Shown here one piece after another: positions 38,367-52,099 of a DNA stretch of 64,000 bases. Within the stretch, counting starts at the first letter, position 1; each line of letters opens with the position of its first letter. Made by a program: the position numbers and the translations under genes. Below the pieces are notes generated by a model, which worked only from the letters and a program-made list of their open reading frames with translations, did not search any database and was not told the origin of the DNA. Location of the stretch: the NCBI RefSeq assembly GCF_964194155.1, contig NC_135888.1, forward strand, positions 15,128,001 through 15,192,000, given 5' to 3'. Origin of the DNA: Cetorhinus maximus. Lineage: Eukaryota.

Positions 38367-38443
38367 CTAGCCTGCCAGGGATGTGGGAGCGGACTATCAC
38401 TGTTGGAAGTGCAGGAAAAACCTTCAGTGCTACAGGATGGAAG
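38367..38443 (+). CDS. KYAT1: KYAT1 coding exon 7 (PLP-attachment lysine, codon 38417-38419)
   Basis: (A)SLPGMWERTITVGSAGKTFSATGWK; SATGWKVGW is KYAT1-type (KYAT3 has SVTGWKLGW). Confidence 0.97.
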
Positions 38444-38625
38444 GTGAGTTGGAGAAAGATGTCAGAAAATTTGATTAACGCGAAGACCAACTTTAGTTCT
38501 AATCCATTATAGTGTCGTTCAATTGTATTGTACATAATAGTGGGCCATCAGCTTACAAAAGATAAAACCTTGAATCCCTAACTAAACAACAGTAAATTCT
38601 ATTCCTTAGAAGGAATGCTAATGCA

Positions 38626-41111
38626 AAAAACAAAGAAAAGTACAGCACAGGAACAGGCCCGTCGGCCCTCCAAGCCTGCGCCGATCATATTGCCCGTCAA
38701 CTAAAACATTTTGCACTTCCGGGGTCCGTATTCCTCTATTCCCATCCGAATCATGTATTTGTCAAGCTGCCTCTTAAACACCGCTATCGTACCTGCTTCC
38801 ACCACCTCCTTTGGCAGCGAATTCCAGACACTCACTACCCTCTGCGTAAAAAACTTGCCCCGCACATCTCCTCTATAGTTTTCTTCTCCTCACCTTAAAT
38901 CTATGATCCCTAGTGATTGACTCTTCCACCCTGGGAAAAAGCTTCTGACTATCTACTCTGTCCATGCCACTCATAATTTTGTAAACTTCTATCAAGTCGC
39001 CCCTCAATCTCCATCGCTCTAGTGAGAACAATCCGAGTTTCTCCAACCTCTCCTCATAGCTAATAATCTCCAGACCAGGCAGCATCCTGATAAACCTCCT
39101 CTGCACCCTCTCCAACGCCTCCATATCCTTCTGGTAATGTGGCGACCAGAATTGCACGCAATATTCCAAGTGTGGTCTAACCAAGGTTCTATACAGCTAC
39201 AGCATGACTTCCCAGCTTTTATACTCAATACCCCTGCCAATGAAGGCAAGCATGCCATATGCCTTCCTGACTACCTCATCCACCTGCGTTGCCACTTTGT
39301 GACCTGTGGACCTGTATACCCAGATCCCTCTGCCTGTCAATGCACTTAAGTGTTCTGCCATTTACTGTATAATTCCTGCCTGTGTTAGACCTTCCAAAAT
39401 GCATTACCTCGCATTTGTCCGGATTAAACTCCATCTGCCATTTCTCCGCCCAAGTCTCCAACCGATCTATATCCCGTTGTATCCTTTGACAATCCTCTTC
39501 ACTATCTGCAACTCCTCCAACCTTAGTGGCGTCTGCAAACTTACTAATTAGCCCAGTTACATTTTCCTCCAAATCATTTATGTATACTACAAACAGCAAA
39601 GGTCCCAGCACTGAACTCTGCGGAACTCCACTAGTCACAGCTCTCCATTCAGAAAAGCACCCTTCTACTGCTACCCTCTGTCTTCTATGACCAAGCCAAT
39701 TCTGTATCCTTCTTGCCAGCTCACCTCTGATCCCGTGCGACTTTACCTTCTGTACCAGTCTGCAATGAGGGACCTTGTCAAAGGCCTTACTGAAATCCAT
39801 GTATATAACATCCACTGCCCTTCCATCGTCGATTATCTTTGTCACTTCCTCAAAAAACTCGATCAAGTTAGTGAGACACGACCTCCCCTTCACAAAACCA
39901 TGTTGCCTCTCACTAATACACCCATTTGCTTCCAAATGGTAGTAAATCCTGTCACAAAGAATCTTCTCCAATAATTTCCCTACCACTGACGTAAGGCTCA
40001 CTGGCCTGTAATTTCCTGGATTATCCCTGTTACCCTTCTTAAACAATGGAACAACATTGGCCATTCTCCAGTCCTCTGGGACCTCACCCGTAGCCAGTGA
40101 GGATGCAAAGATTTCTGTCAAGGCCCCAGCAATCTCCTCCCTTGCCTTCCTCAGCACCCTGGGGTAGATCCCATCTGGCCCAGGGGACTTATCCACCTTA
40201 ATATTCTTCAAGACGCCTAACACCTCTTTTTTGATCTCAACATGATCCAGGCTATCTACACACTCTTCCCTAGACAAATCGACCGCTAAGTCCTTCTCTT
40301 TGGTGAATACTGATGAGAAGTATTCATTTAGTATCTCTTCCATTTCTTCCGGCTCCACACACAGATTCCCACCTCTGTCCCTGAGTGGGCCTACCCTTTC
40401 CCTGGCTACCCTCTTGCTTTTTACATATGTATAGAAGGCCTTGGGATTTTCCTTAATCCTGGTTGCCAGTGACTTTTCACGACCCCTTTTAGCCCTCCTG
40501 ACTCCTTGTTTAAGTTTCTTCCTACTTTCTTTATATTCTCCACGGGCTTCATCTGTTCCCAGCCTTCTAGCCCTTACGAATGCTTCCCTTTTCTCATTGA
40601 CTAATCTCGCAATATCCTTCGTTATCCAAGGTTCCTGAAACTTGCCATGCTTATCCTTCATCCTAGCAGGACATGCCGGTCCTGAATTCTTATCAACTGA
40701 CGTTTGAAAGCCCCCCACATGACAGTTGTTGATTTGCCCTCAAACATCCACCTCCAGTCTAGATTCCTCAGTTCCTGCCTAATATTGTTATAATTAGCCA
40801 TCCCCCAATTAAGCCCCTTAACCCGAGGACTCCTGTTATCCTTACCCACCAGTACCTTGAAACTTACTGAATTATGGTCACTTTTCCCGAAATGCTCCCC
40901 TACTGAAACTTCGACCACCTGGCTGGGTTCATTCCCTAATACCAGGTCCATTATTGCCCCTTCCCTAGTTGGACTATCTACATATTGTCTCAGGAAGCCC
41001 TCCTGGATGCACCTTACAAATTCTGCACCATCCAAACCCCTAGTACTAAGTGATTCCCAGTCAATATAGGGAAAGTTAAAATCACCCACCACAACAACCC
41101 TATTGCTTTTT
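38626..41111 (-). mobile_element. relatively young 5'-truncated CR1 LINE (endonuclease C-part plus RT), frameshifted
   Basis: VGDFN, SDHN, KSPGPDG, YMDFSKAFDKVPH, SGVPQSSVLGP, KFADATK, LERVQRRF; candidate TSD TAATGCA at 38619-38625 and 41112-41118. Confidence 0.93.
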
Positions 41112-41649
41112 TAATGCAGTTTTAACCAGAGAATTAGCACCTATTTAAACAACTAGTTTCGTTTGGGTTTTATAATCAACTGATAACTCTCTTCAAATGC
41201 TTTTGGCTGAACTGACTTGAACGGTACCAAACTTGACCTTTTGAGCTGGAGCTGTAGCAGGACTTGGGATCAGCTGCAATGTATTGGGATGATGAGTTTG
41301 ATCCTAAATCCCAATACATTGAGTCAAGTGATGTATTGCACTGCAGCTTAGCTACAGTAGTTAGAAACATCAGAGGAGAATTAACATGAAATTAAACTTC
41401 AATGCCTGGCACATTGGCTGGTGTTGTGATGATGCACCAAGCCACACTATAATAGGTATTGCCAGTATATTACAGCTTATGTTTTTGTGTTAACTATGCT
41501 TTCAGAGTTAACTCAGCTGATTACAAGAAAAATCCCCATGCAAAAATAAATCTGTTCAGCTTGCACTTTATTTAAGTATAAAATTCAAAAACTTCTGAAT
41601 ATTTTCTTTTTGCAAATTTTGTGATATTTTATCTACCTGCTTATTATAG

Positions 41650-41739
41650 GTTGGCTGGGCAATTGGACCTAAGAACATCGTCAGGCACTTGCAGACTGTC
41701 CATCAGAACTCAAACTTTCATTGTGCCACTGGAGCACAG
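41650..41739 (+). CDS. KYAT1: KYAT1 coding exon 8
   Basis: VGWAIGPKNIVRHLQTVHQNSNFHCATGAQ; tatag / gtaaga. Confidence 0.96.
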
Positions 41740-43211
41740 GTAAGAAGTACCAAAAGGATTACTTTTCACAGCTATGCCTGTGCGATGGCGAATTAATTCA
41801 GTTATGTGCCCATCGAGCTGAGGAATGTAATGCTGTACAGCTCGCCCTGCATTTTCCTAATAATACACTTCAGTTTCTCATTCAGAAGGCTCCATTCCCC
41901 TCCCCAATTAGTACAGCATCAGTAAGGCATTTCCATAGCTCTCCTGTCTGTTTTTGTGATTTCTCTGGGCCACATTGCTAAATTCAAAACAGTTCCTTCT
42001 TCAGAACAAATGTAAATATATTTTTTATTGAGATCTTTAGGTCAGCCATGAGTCTTAAGGCGTGAAAATCCAACAGCAGACTTGCAGGTGTCCAAACCAG
42101 ACCAATGAAAAATCCACTTAGGTGGAGACACCATCTGCCTATGGAGTGGAAACACTACCCATAAGGATACACCCCTTTACCTAAGCCTAAAATATCCAGC
42201 TATTACATGCCACACAAACTCCCACTTGTCCACGACTCCCATCCTCTTTGATCTACACAGGCTCTTAGTTCCCTGCAGATTGGATTTAAAATATTTGCTT
42301 TTAGCATCAAATCCCTCAGCAGCCTCGTCCCATTCTACCTCTGCAATCTCTTCCAGCTTTAACTCTCCCCATACCCTCCAGCCCTCTGAGTCATCTGTGC
42401 ATCCTCCCCTTACCTCTGTTTAACCTTTGCTGGCAGAGCCAGCGGCTATCCCCACCCCCTTTTCTGGAACTCCCCCTCCCCTGCCCCCCCACTTAAGTTT
42501 TCACCTTTCCCCTTCAAAAACCTTAGAACACCCATATTTTAAACCAAGCTTTTAGTCACCTCTCCTAATTCTCCCATCGTGACATAGCACCTGTAACTAT
42601 ATTTCTTTTATCTATTTATTTTCACCCCCTTCCACCGGTGAAGTATTTTTGAATTTTTTTTCCATGCTGAAGGTGCTACATAAAAGGAAATTGTGGTTAG
42701 GTACAGGTTGGCAAGATGATTAGGCACTTTCATTTGAGTAGGCATGTGTTGGAGTTTAAAATCACACACCACAAACCACTGGTAACTCTTCCATTTAAGA
42801 GCCACCTTATCCATCATGGCATTTATTCGCAGAATTATACAGGCAAGCGAGAACAATGCCAGGCCGCAGTGCCAGATCTGTCTCATCAGTGAGCCACACT
42901 AGCTACTCAGTCACCAACCGTTGTCTCGGATAGTGTGGACCTGCTTGGCAGAGGTATCAGATTACTGAATCTACCGTGGATTAGTTCAGACCATCCACTG
43001 ATAGGAGTATTATCTTGGATGCAATTTGAATCCAAAGTTACCTCCCTCCATTACCCCACTACCCCACTCTCCCCAAGAAATTCATCATTAGTGGTTTTCT
43101 GTAGGTTTGCAGCACTGAAGTGTATGACACAATACAAAAATGGCTTTTGAATCTGAATTGTCATTGAAGTAGATTGCCTATTTAAAAAAAACACAAGTTT
43201 TTTGTACCCAG

Positions 43212-43398
43212 CAAGCTGTAGCAGAGGGATTTGTGAAAGAATTTGAATGCCTGGGAGCACCAGAGAGTTATTTCACCAGTTTACGTCAGGAGCTGCAATT
43301 GAAACGTGATCGGCTTGCTGCCTACCTTGCGTCTGTGGGGTTAAAACCAATTGTACCAGAGGGTGGTTACTTCTTGATCGCGGACATCTCAGCAGTCA
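43212..43398 (+). CDS. KYAT1: KYAT1 coding exon 9
   Basis: QAVAEGFVKEFECLGAPESYF...KRDRLAAYLASVGLKPIVPEGGYFLIADISAV; cccag / gtgagt, phase 1. Confidence 0.96.
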
Positions 43399-43930
43399 GT
43401 GAGTAGATACGAGGAAAGTACTAACTAAGTAAACAGATGGGGATTTGCAATTTTGCATGTTATTTTAATGTCTGGCCAGAGTGCAATATGGAGCCAGGGT
43501 AGCTGTTGTTGCAGACCATGTATCAAATATACTCTTCTAGGTGGAAACGAGGAACTAAGATTTAATTTGTTTAGAACTAATCCACTAAGATACATAGTTT
43601 CCATTTGGTTTTGATGTTTAGTTTTGAATGAAATTTCCTGTTATTTTAAGGTATAATTCTCCCCATACCATGCACTGTATGTGGCCAGGGGTCTGGTGAC
43701 CTGCCCCATTGCAGTCATGAACCTGGCTGCTAAGATGCACATGAAGCTGACTTGGAATCGAGTCCTTTGCTTTCTTTCCCCAGCTCATCCAGTTGGGAAA
43801 GTCTGGCCTCCACTGATGTAAATTTATACAGCATGTATATTCTACATATTAGCACAATAAAATTGAATTGGATGGAGTTTTTTTTTTGCAAAGCCATTGA
43901 CCTTTCTTGTTTTGTACCTTTTCCTATCAG

Positions 43931-44001
43931 AAGTTGATCTGCCAGACTCCACTGAACAGCCGTATGATTATAGGTTTGTGAAGTGGCTCATAATCAATAA
44001 G
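43931..44001 (+). CDS. KYAT1: KYAT1 coding exon 10
   Basis: (K)VDLPDSTEQPYDYRFVKWLIINK; atcag / gtgggt. Confidence 0.95.
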
Positions 44002-44289
44002 GTGGGTAGCTTTGAAATGATGGGGCTAACTGTGTAAAATTGAGGCTAGCTGACCAAAATTTGTAGTTGTTCACTGGTCCTGAATGTGAACAGCCTGGTA
44101 TGACAGCCTTTTTCCAATGCTTGAAGCAGCTCTGTATTTGTGGTTAGAAGATCTGTATATTGTTAAGGTCAACACACTTATAGAATCTTTTGGCAAATTT
44201 TCAAACATATGTGGTTCATCCAGGTTACCTACCTGTCATGCACTTATCACCAGGTATGTTGTATGCTGGTGATACAGAATATCTGAGTA

Positions 44290-45003
44290 GTTTATATTTC
44301 ATATTGAAGAGCTAGAACTTGAAGGTCCAAAGAGACTTGAGCGTCCAGTTAGACAGATTATTAAAATGTCATGAACAGGTACAGAAAATAATTGAAAAGG
44401 CAAATAGCATGTGGGCCTTTAAACCTAGAGAACTAGAATACAAGGGGGTGGAAGTTATGCTACAGCTATACCAAACCCTGGCTTAGACTACACCTTGAAT
44501 ACTGTGAGCAGTTCTGGACATCACACCTTCAGAAGGATATGTTGGCCTTGGAGAGAGTGCAGGACAGATTTACCAGAATGCTGACTCCCAAGGGTTAAAT
44601 TAAGGGTAGAGATTACATAATCTAGGGTTATATTCCCTGGAATTTAGAAGTTTAAGGAGTGATGTGATCAAAGTTTTCAAGATACTACGGGGAACAGGTA
44701 GGCTAGATAGAGAGAAACTATTTCCGCTGGCTGGGGATTCTTAAGACTGGGGGAAAAATCTAAAAATTAGACAGTCCTTTCAGCTACACACAAAGGATAG
44801 TAGAAGTTTGAAATTCTGTTTGAAAAGCTGCAGTTGATGCTAGGCCAACTGTTAATTTTAAAGCTGCGATTGATTTTTGTTAACTAAAGGTATTAAGGGG
44901 TATGGGGCAAAGTTGGGTATGTGGAGTTACCTCATAGGTCAGCCATGATCTCATCGAATGGTGGCACAGGCTTGAGGGGCTAAATGGTCTACTTCTGTTC
45001 CCA
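44290..45003 (+). mobile_element. CR1 LINE 3' fragment
   Basis: ttggagagagtgcaggacagatttaccagaatg (LERVQ.RFTRM) and CR1 3' end ggcttgaggggctaaatggtctacttctgttcc. Confidence 0.75.
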
Positions 45004-45315
45004 TGTTCACCAAAATCCAGTCTTCACTGTAAAACTAGATGCTATACAGATTCCTGTATATGTTGACTTCCCTTGGATTTTCCACAAACTCATGACTGAG
45101 GTTAGGAACCCTAAAATGGTGGGAAAGACACAGCAATATCATTTATATGCATTTGGTGTACAAAGTTAATTTTTATAGCCACATCCAATAATGGAAAAGT
45201 TGGTTATGAAAAGTAAAGAATTGGGAGGTCAGGGTGGGTGCAGGTGGTGACTGGAACCTTACTACATTAATTGTCAAACAAAATTCTGATTCTTTGCTAT
45301 TACTTTTATTCACAG

Positions 45316-45402
45316 GGCTTGTCCACAATTCCAGTGTCTGCTTTCTACTCTTCTGACCACGAAAAGGGCTTTGAAAACTTTATACGGTTTTGTTTCGCTA
45401 AG
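45316..45402 (+). CDS. KYAT1: KYAT1 coding exon 11
   Basis: GLSTIPVSAFYSSDHEKGFENFIRFCFAK (substrate-binding Arg in IRFCF); cacag / gtgagc. Confidence 0.96.
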
Positions 45403-45609
45403 GTGAGCTGTAGTAGGGATTGTGAAGTTCCTGCGGATATTGAGACACAACTGCAGTATAGAGCTTATACAGTTCTTACTTGCTGCAGTTTAAAATGGGT
45501 ATGTACGCCTTGCACGCAGGCCCATATCTTTTGGCTTTGTGTACAGTCAGGACTCGACAGGAAGCATCCCGGCTTCACTGAGAAACAACCCCAGAACTCG
45601 TCAGGGCCA

Positions 45610-46040
45610 AAGCCATTTCTCAGCCTTGGCTCAGTGGTAGCAAACTCCTCTTTGAGTCAGAAGGTCATGTTCAAGCCCTACCAAAGAGACTTGAGCACAT
45701 CATTTGGCTGATAACTGAGTGCAGTGGGTATGTTGGAAGCGCCGTCTTTCAGATTAGACATGAAATAAAAGATTAAGCTGCCCTCTCAGTTGGACATAAA
45801 ACACCCTATGGTACCACTTGAACAAAAGCAGGGGAGCTCTAGTGTCCTGGCTAACATGTATCCCTCAACAAATATTATTAAAAAAGATTATCTGATCATA
45901 TATCACTGCTGTTTGTGGAACCTTGCTGTGAGCAAATTGATTGCACTTCAAAACTATATGCTAATATTCACATAATATGCTATGAAGTGCTTTGGGGCAT
46001 TTTCCAATCATGAAAGCTGCTATTTAAATGCAATCTTTCT
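45610..46040 (+). mobile_element. tRNA-derived SINE (Deu/SacSINE-like)
   Basis: tggctcagtggtagc...gttcaagccc head; body shared with 19190-19640. Confidence 0.6.
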
Positions 46041-46523
46041 TATTGGCAACTTACATTTTTTCCCAATTTGTGTCTTTTAATTATTTTCATGTGACTTTTT
46101 TCTCCTGCCTATGAATACTCTTATTGGGAAATGGTTTCCCAACTATACCTAATGGCAGGAACACTCCCAAATCTACTTACAGAATGCCTTTTCCATTATG
46201 CAGACTTTCTTGCAGGTTCAACTTTAGAAGATCAGCTCCTATCCTATATTAGCTTGATATTTCCAGTTTCCATGTTATCCATTATGTTGAATTTGAAGGC
46301 ACCTCTACATTGTTTGCCTTATATCCTCCAACCTGTGTTGAGAACAAACTTATTTCACTTTGGATGTTTAGCAGAGAGAAAACCTTTAATCTATCTATTC
46401 ATCTGGCATTTGAACCCAGATACCAAACATATAAGAATGTGTGTCAGGAAAGGAGTGAGCAAATTTAAAGAATTGTAATGCATAAAAGCTGTTTAAACCA
46501 TTTTCCTGTGTTAAATTCTGTAG

Positions 46524-46592
46524 GAAGACGCAACATTAAGCAAGGCAGAACAGATCCTGCAAGAGTGGAATAGGGCAATGCTGACTCAGTGA
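46524..46592 (+). CDS. KYAT1: KYAT1 coding exon 12 (stop)
   Basis: EDATLSKAEQILQEWNRAMLTQ-TGA; ctgtag acceptor; summed CDS 1260 nt = 419 aa plus stop. Confidence 0.93.
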   Translation, partial: EDATLSKAEQILQEWNRAMLTQ

Positions 46593-47367
46593 TTGCTCCA
46601 ACACAGTGAATTTTTATTTTCTAATTCAGTAACTGGACATATTTAATTTTATTTATCTTAATTGAAAGACTGACATTTTCAAATCTACACACAAATACAT
46701 AGTTATAACATAGAATAAAAATACCATGAATGCTGCTTCAGATAGTCCTTCCTGACCATGTCTTGAGCACTCAAGTGGTCAGAAGCACTTAGTTCAATCA
46801 AGGGATTTCTGATCTCAACTCTACAGCCAACTCGAGCAATATTGACCGGGTGGATTGCCTCAGCTGGAAAATGTTGCAGGAACTGGCAAGACCATGACCC
46901 AAGAGAATCAGTGGCATGCAAAGAACCATGACAATGTGGGGTTCAATCTCAATGGAAATAATTGGCTTATGAGTACTGAAAAACTCAATTATTTTTCTAT
47001 ATTTTGATTTCATTTTAGATGTTCAATATTGAGTGCTCTTTAAACCCGTTTATTTGGTGCCTTTGGTACCTTTGAGTTGATTGGTTAATGATTTGGTTAC
47101 ATTAGTGGTGTTATTAGTTATAACCTGTTGTTTTTTTATTCCTGTAGCTGTTGGATGGTGTAGATTAAGACTGAACTAAGATTTACTTTGTGCTACAGTT
47201 GTAAATGAGCAGAATGCTATGTATGTGCAACTCAAGACTATCACAATGATCACCCAGATAGTTTGTTCTGCAAGAAGCTCAATGCTGTAACTGAAGATTG
47301 TTTTTATTTCTTCCGTTACGTGTTTAACTTAAATTCTGCTGTGTCCTAATATCAGAACATGAGCTTG

Positions 47368-47373
47368 AATAAA
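47368..47373 (+). terminator. candidate KYAT1 polyadenylation signal (a proximal AATAAA is at 46714-46719)
   Basis: AATAAA followed about 15-30 nt later by GT/T-rich ttgtgtatttgtat. Confidence 0.5.
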
Positions 47374-49507
47374 AATCTTTCAACATTGTGTATTTGTATA
47401 ATTTTAAAATGTTTTCTTCTATATTTTAGTGTATCTGCCATAGCATTATTCATGCATTTATATGACTTGGATTTCTGACCAGCTGATGCTAATCCCTGTG
47501 AGACATCTCAACTGAGATTGACACAATGCCAAGGTGGTTCTGTCTCTTGAGCTGACGTCCATGCAGACAGGGCAATTGCAACTCACTTTTGTAGAGTAGT
47601 ATATACAAAAATAAGCATTGCAATAATAACACAATAACAGACATAGAAGGCATTGTAATGATATTCCTGATAATATCACATCCACTAATTTCTAACCTAT
47701 TACTTTTCACTAAACTATTAGTGGGAACACTTTTAAGTAAAATTCTATGTTGCAATCATGGGATATTTTTCCTGTATGTAATTTTTTAAAACATTCTTTC
47801 ACTAGTCTCTTGCTTATAAGAGTAGTTAAGTAAAATACTTTTCCATACTGGAAAATGGGACAACTAATTCAGCCTCCAGCAGTCTCTCATGAAAAGTGAC
47901 TGAAAGTTATGAGTATTTAGTTTCCTGAATATTTTAATACATATTCATGTTTTTTTATGCTTGTTAAAAGCATATGAAGGATTTTAATGCTAGGAAATTA
48001 AAAATATTTCAGCTTTTGTCACCAATCTCATCATCAAACACTTCTTAGTTATAATATGGACCAGATGGAGAGGTAAGTTCCAACTAGTTTGATGTAACAA
48101 CAGATCTTAATCCTTAATTAATTAGTGAGACATCCACCGTACCAGTTTTTTCTAACGGTTTCTTACGTTTGCCATTCTAGTGACACCTAGTGTAAATTCT
48201 GAGTAATTTGTGTTATGGTCTCACCCATTAGAAACTTGACTGAGAATGCCACATTTTTTTTTCACATTGTAATCTCTTTTTGTTGAGTATAATACTATTT
48301 TTCTGGACTGAAAGCTAGGTTCTAGAGAAGATATTACACTATTTCTTGGCCGCCTGTGCCATTTAAAAAATTGGAATGCAAGGCAATTGAGCCTGTCCTG
48401 CCCAACACAGTTGGTCAGTGCACTCCCCCATTTAAACCTTCTGTCTGTCTTTCTGCTGCCAGTGAGGACATGCTGATGACGTATACTCTATCACTCAATA
48501 TACTTTCTAGTTTTATTGTCACCTCCTCCCACATAAAAAGCTGACTGTGACAAAGGGGAGTGTTGTGATAGGCACCAGGTTATGCTCATATAGAATGAAA
48601 AAGCATAGGAGGCCATTTGGCCCATCCTGCCTATGGTTAGCTCTTTGAAAGAGTTATTAAATACATTTCACTGGCCCACTCTTTCCTCATAGCCTGGCAA
48701 ATCAAGTGACTGCAGGATATTGGAGGTCAGTCCTAACTTCATGCTGCTAAAAATGAAGATAATCAAAATCATCCTGCTTGATGCCATTAGTATTTTGGTT
48801 TTGCTCTCTGTGGGTAATCATTATTTCACCTAAGTAAATTGGTGTTGGCATATTGACTTAAGAAAGTGAAAGTCTGCTGCTCTGAAAAGATAGATCCAAG
48901 AACTATATGTCATAAGAATTAGGAGTAGGTCATATGATCCTTGAGCCTGCTCACCCATTCAATAGGATCCTGGCTGACCTACAGACTCAACTCTACTTTC
49001 CACCCAATTCCGATATCCTTTATACCCTTGGGAGTCCGAATATCTATCGATCATTGCCTTGACTATCATAAGGATAAAGACCGGATCACAACATGTTAAA
49101 TACTTTTAATTACTTGCTAAGTGACATGAGTCTAGGCAATTTCAATCCAAATCCTACAGAATGGATGATGACAGCACAAAATTACACATTATTCCTGAAG
49201 AGGTAATTTCACAAATAGGCGGTACGCTGCTAAACTCAGTTATGCTCATTTTGGGTTAAGGAACTTAAATCTAGAAATACAATATTTGGGATAAATGGCT
49301 GACATATCAGTTCATGCTTGTGTCAAGCATATGCAAGTTTGTTAAAATCCAATGGTAATCTCTGAGCTATTGTCACATGTCTTTGTTAAGTCCATATCCA
49401 CAATATCTGTTGGCACTCCCCAATCATGCTAGTGATTTCCTCAAAAAATTCAACTAGATTACTCAATCCATCCACTTGTCAAATGTAGGCTTGTTTCAAT
49501 TTTTAAA

Positions 49508-49752
49508 CACCACCACTTGGAAGTTCCCGCCAAGCCTCTCATCACCCTGACTTGAAAATATATTGCTATTTCTTCACTGTTGCTGGGTCAAAATTCTGGA
49601 ACTCCCTCCCTAACAGCACTATGGGTGTACATACACCACATGGACTGCAACAGTTCAAGAAGGCAATGCACTACCGCCTCAAGAGCAATTGGGAATAGGC
49701 AATAACTGCTGGCTTAGCCAGCAATGCCCACACCCCATGAATGAATAAAAAA
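49508..49752 (+). mobile_element. HER1-like LINE 3' end
   Basis: matches 6282-6526 and ends ccatgaatgaataaaaaaa. Confidence 0.8.
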
Positions 49753-49800
49753 ATGTACAGGAACTAGTGTTTTAACTGTAATTAAACACAGGAAGGAAAC

Positions 49801-51232
49801 TTTTTTTTTGCAAAAATATACTTTATTCACAAAATATCTTCAACAACATTTCAAACCATTTCAAAATCACCATCACAAAAATACAATCAGGTTCAACTTT
49901 TACAACGTGTATCACGAAATGCATCAATACAATAAATGAATATTACAATCATTTGCAGACATTCATTTTGAGCTGTACAGCCCGAGGGGATTTAAACAGT
50001 TCCCAGTCCCTCAGTGCACTGTGGCAGAAAGGTCTTAGACAGCGACCCTTCCCCATTGTGCCTTTGCGGCAGCTGCCCCAAGCTTTAGTGCGTCCCTCAG
50101 CATGTAGTCCTGGACTTTGGAATGTGCCAGTCTGCAACACTCGGTCGGGGACAACTCTTTGCGCTGGAAGACCAACAAGTTTTGGGCAGACCAAAGAGCG
50201 TCTTTCACCGAGTTGATGATCCTCCAGCTGCAGTTGATGTTTGACTCGGTGTGTGTCCCTGGGAACAGCCCGTAGAGCACAGAGTCCTGTGTCACAGCAC
50301 TGCTCGGGGTGAACCTCGACAGAAACCACTGCATCTCTCTCCAGACCTTCTTTGCAAAGGCACAATCCACCAGGAGGTGAACAATGGTCTCTTCCCCACC
50401 ACAGCCACCTCGAGGGTGACGTGCCGAGGGGGTGAGACTCCTGGCGCGTAGGAAGGATCTGATGGGGAGGGCCTTTCTCACCACCAGCCAAGCTACATCT
50501 TGGTGCTTGTTGGAAAGTTCTGGCGATGAGGCATTCTGCCAAATGACTTTGACAGTCTGCTCGGGGAACCATCCCACCGGATCCACCCTCTCCTTTTCCC
50601 TCAGGGCCTCTAAGACGTTACGTGCCGACCACTGCCTGATGGACTTGTGGTCAAAGGTGTTTCTCTGCATAAATTTTTCCACGAGGGACAGGTGGTACGG
50701 CAAGGTCCAACTACTTGGAGCATTCTGCGGCAGCGTGGCCAGACCCATGCTTCGCAACACTGGGGACAGGTAGAACCTCAGCACGTAGTGACACTTGGTG
50801 TTTGCGTACTGAGGGTCTATGCAACGCTTGATGCAGCCACACACAAAAGTGGCCATCAGTATGAGGGCGATGTTGGGCACGTTTTTTCCCCCTTTATCTA
50901 GAGGCTTGTACATCGTGTCCCTGCGGACACGATCCATTTTCGACCTCCAGATAAAGCGGAAGGTGGCTTGGGTGATCGCCACCACGCAGGAGTGTGGAAT
51001 GGGCCAGACCTGCGCCACGTACAGCAACAGCGAGAGCACCTCACACCTGATGACCAGGTTCTTACCCGCAATGGAGAGGGAGCGTCACTCCCACATGCCC
51101 AGTTTCCTTTTCACCATACACACTCGCTCCTTCCAGTTTCTAATGCATGCTCTGGTCCCTCCGAACCATATCCCCAGCACCTTCAGGCCGTCAGCCCTGA
51201 CAGTGAAGGGGACAAAGGATCGGTCAGCCCAG
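49801..51232 (-). mobile_element. young 5'-truncated Tx1-group (L1-like) non-LTR retrotransposon
   Basis: 334-aa ORF 50035..51039 with C-terminal zinc motif (GCGGEETIVHLLVDC..AKKVW); minus-strand AATAAA and poly(A) at 49801-49827; TSD GAAGGAAACT at 49792-49801 and 51232-51241. Confidence 0.85.
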
Positions 51233-52099
51233 AAGGAAACTATTGATTTACTCTAAATAATATGTAAATGCCTACATCTCTTTTCAGTCAATAGAAAAAG
51301 AAAATTTACATTTATACAGCTACTTTCACAATGTCATAATGTTCCAAAGTGCTTCTTGAGCAACAATGTACTTTTGAAGTGCTGTCATTATTTTAATGAA
51401 GAGAAATAATTCATTTTGTTCACTTATTGGTACCTTTTGTTAAAGAAATAAATACAGGTGCTAATCATTTGCATAATTTCAGCGCTGTTTAAAATTGCAA
51501 CTTCTGAACGGTTTCGTGGGCTGTTACTTGCAACACTGTAACCTGGTAGATTGCTAAAGGAATAGAAGATTTGTAACTGGTTCCTCTGTGTAATTTGGAC
51601 TGTTAAACTGTGACATTCTCCACAGACTTTGGAGCTTACCAATATTGTCTATACAACAACAATTCATATTTATATAGCATCTTTAACATAATTAAACAAA
51701 CAAAGGCACTTTACAAAATATTGCATCAAGCCACATAAGGAGATATTGGGTCCACTGACCAAAAAACCTGTCTCTTTGATCAGGTTTAAGTGGTGACTTA
51801 AAGGAGGAAAGCAGAGTAGAGAGATGTGGGGTGGGTAATCCAGAACTTAGGGCCTAGGCAACTGAAGGTACAGCCATCAATGGTGGAGCTTCAAACTTCT
51901 GTGCATTAAATTTCATATGCCATTTGTCTGCCCATTCTACCAGCCTGTCTCCTTTTGAAGTCTATACTATCCTCCTCACAGTTCACAATACTTCCAACTC
52001 TTGTGTCACCTACAAATTTTGAATTTGTGCCTTGCACACCTAAGCCTAGTCATTAATATAGAGCAAGAAAACTTCACCAAATATCCATTATTTGGTGGA

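Noticed and set aside
39276-40718. 480-aa RT ORF as a host or active gene
   Set aside because: 5'-truncated, frameshifted CR1 copy with the catalytic FADD changed to FADA
20754-46592. KYAT3/CCBL2 as the gene identity
   Set aside because: SATGWKVGW and HQNS.FHC match KYAT1 rather than KYAT3 (SVTGWKLGW, QQNT.YTC)
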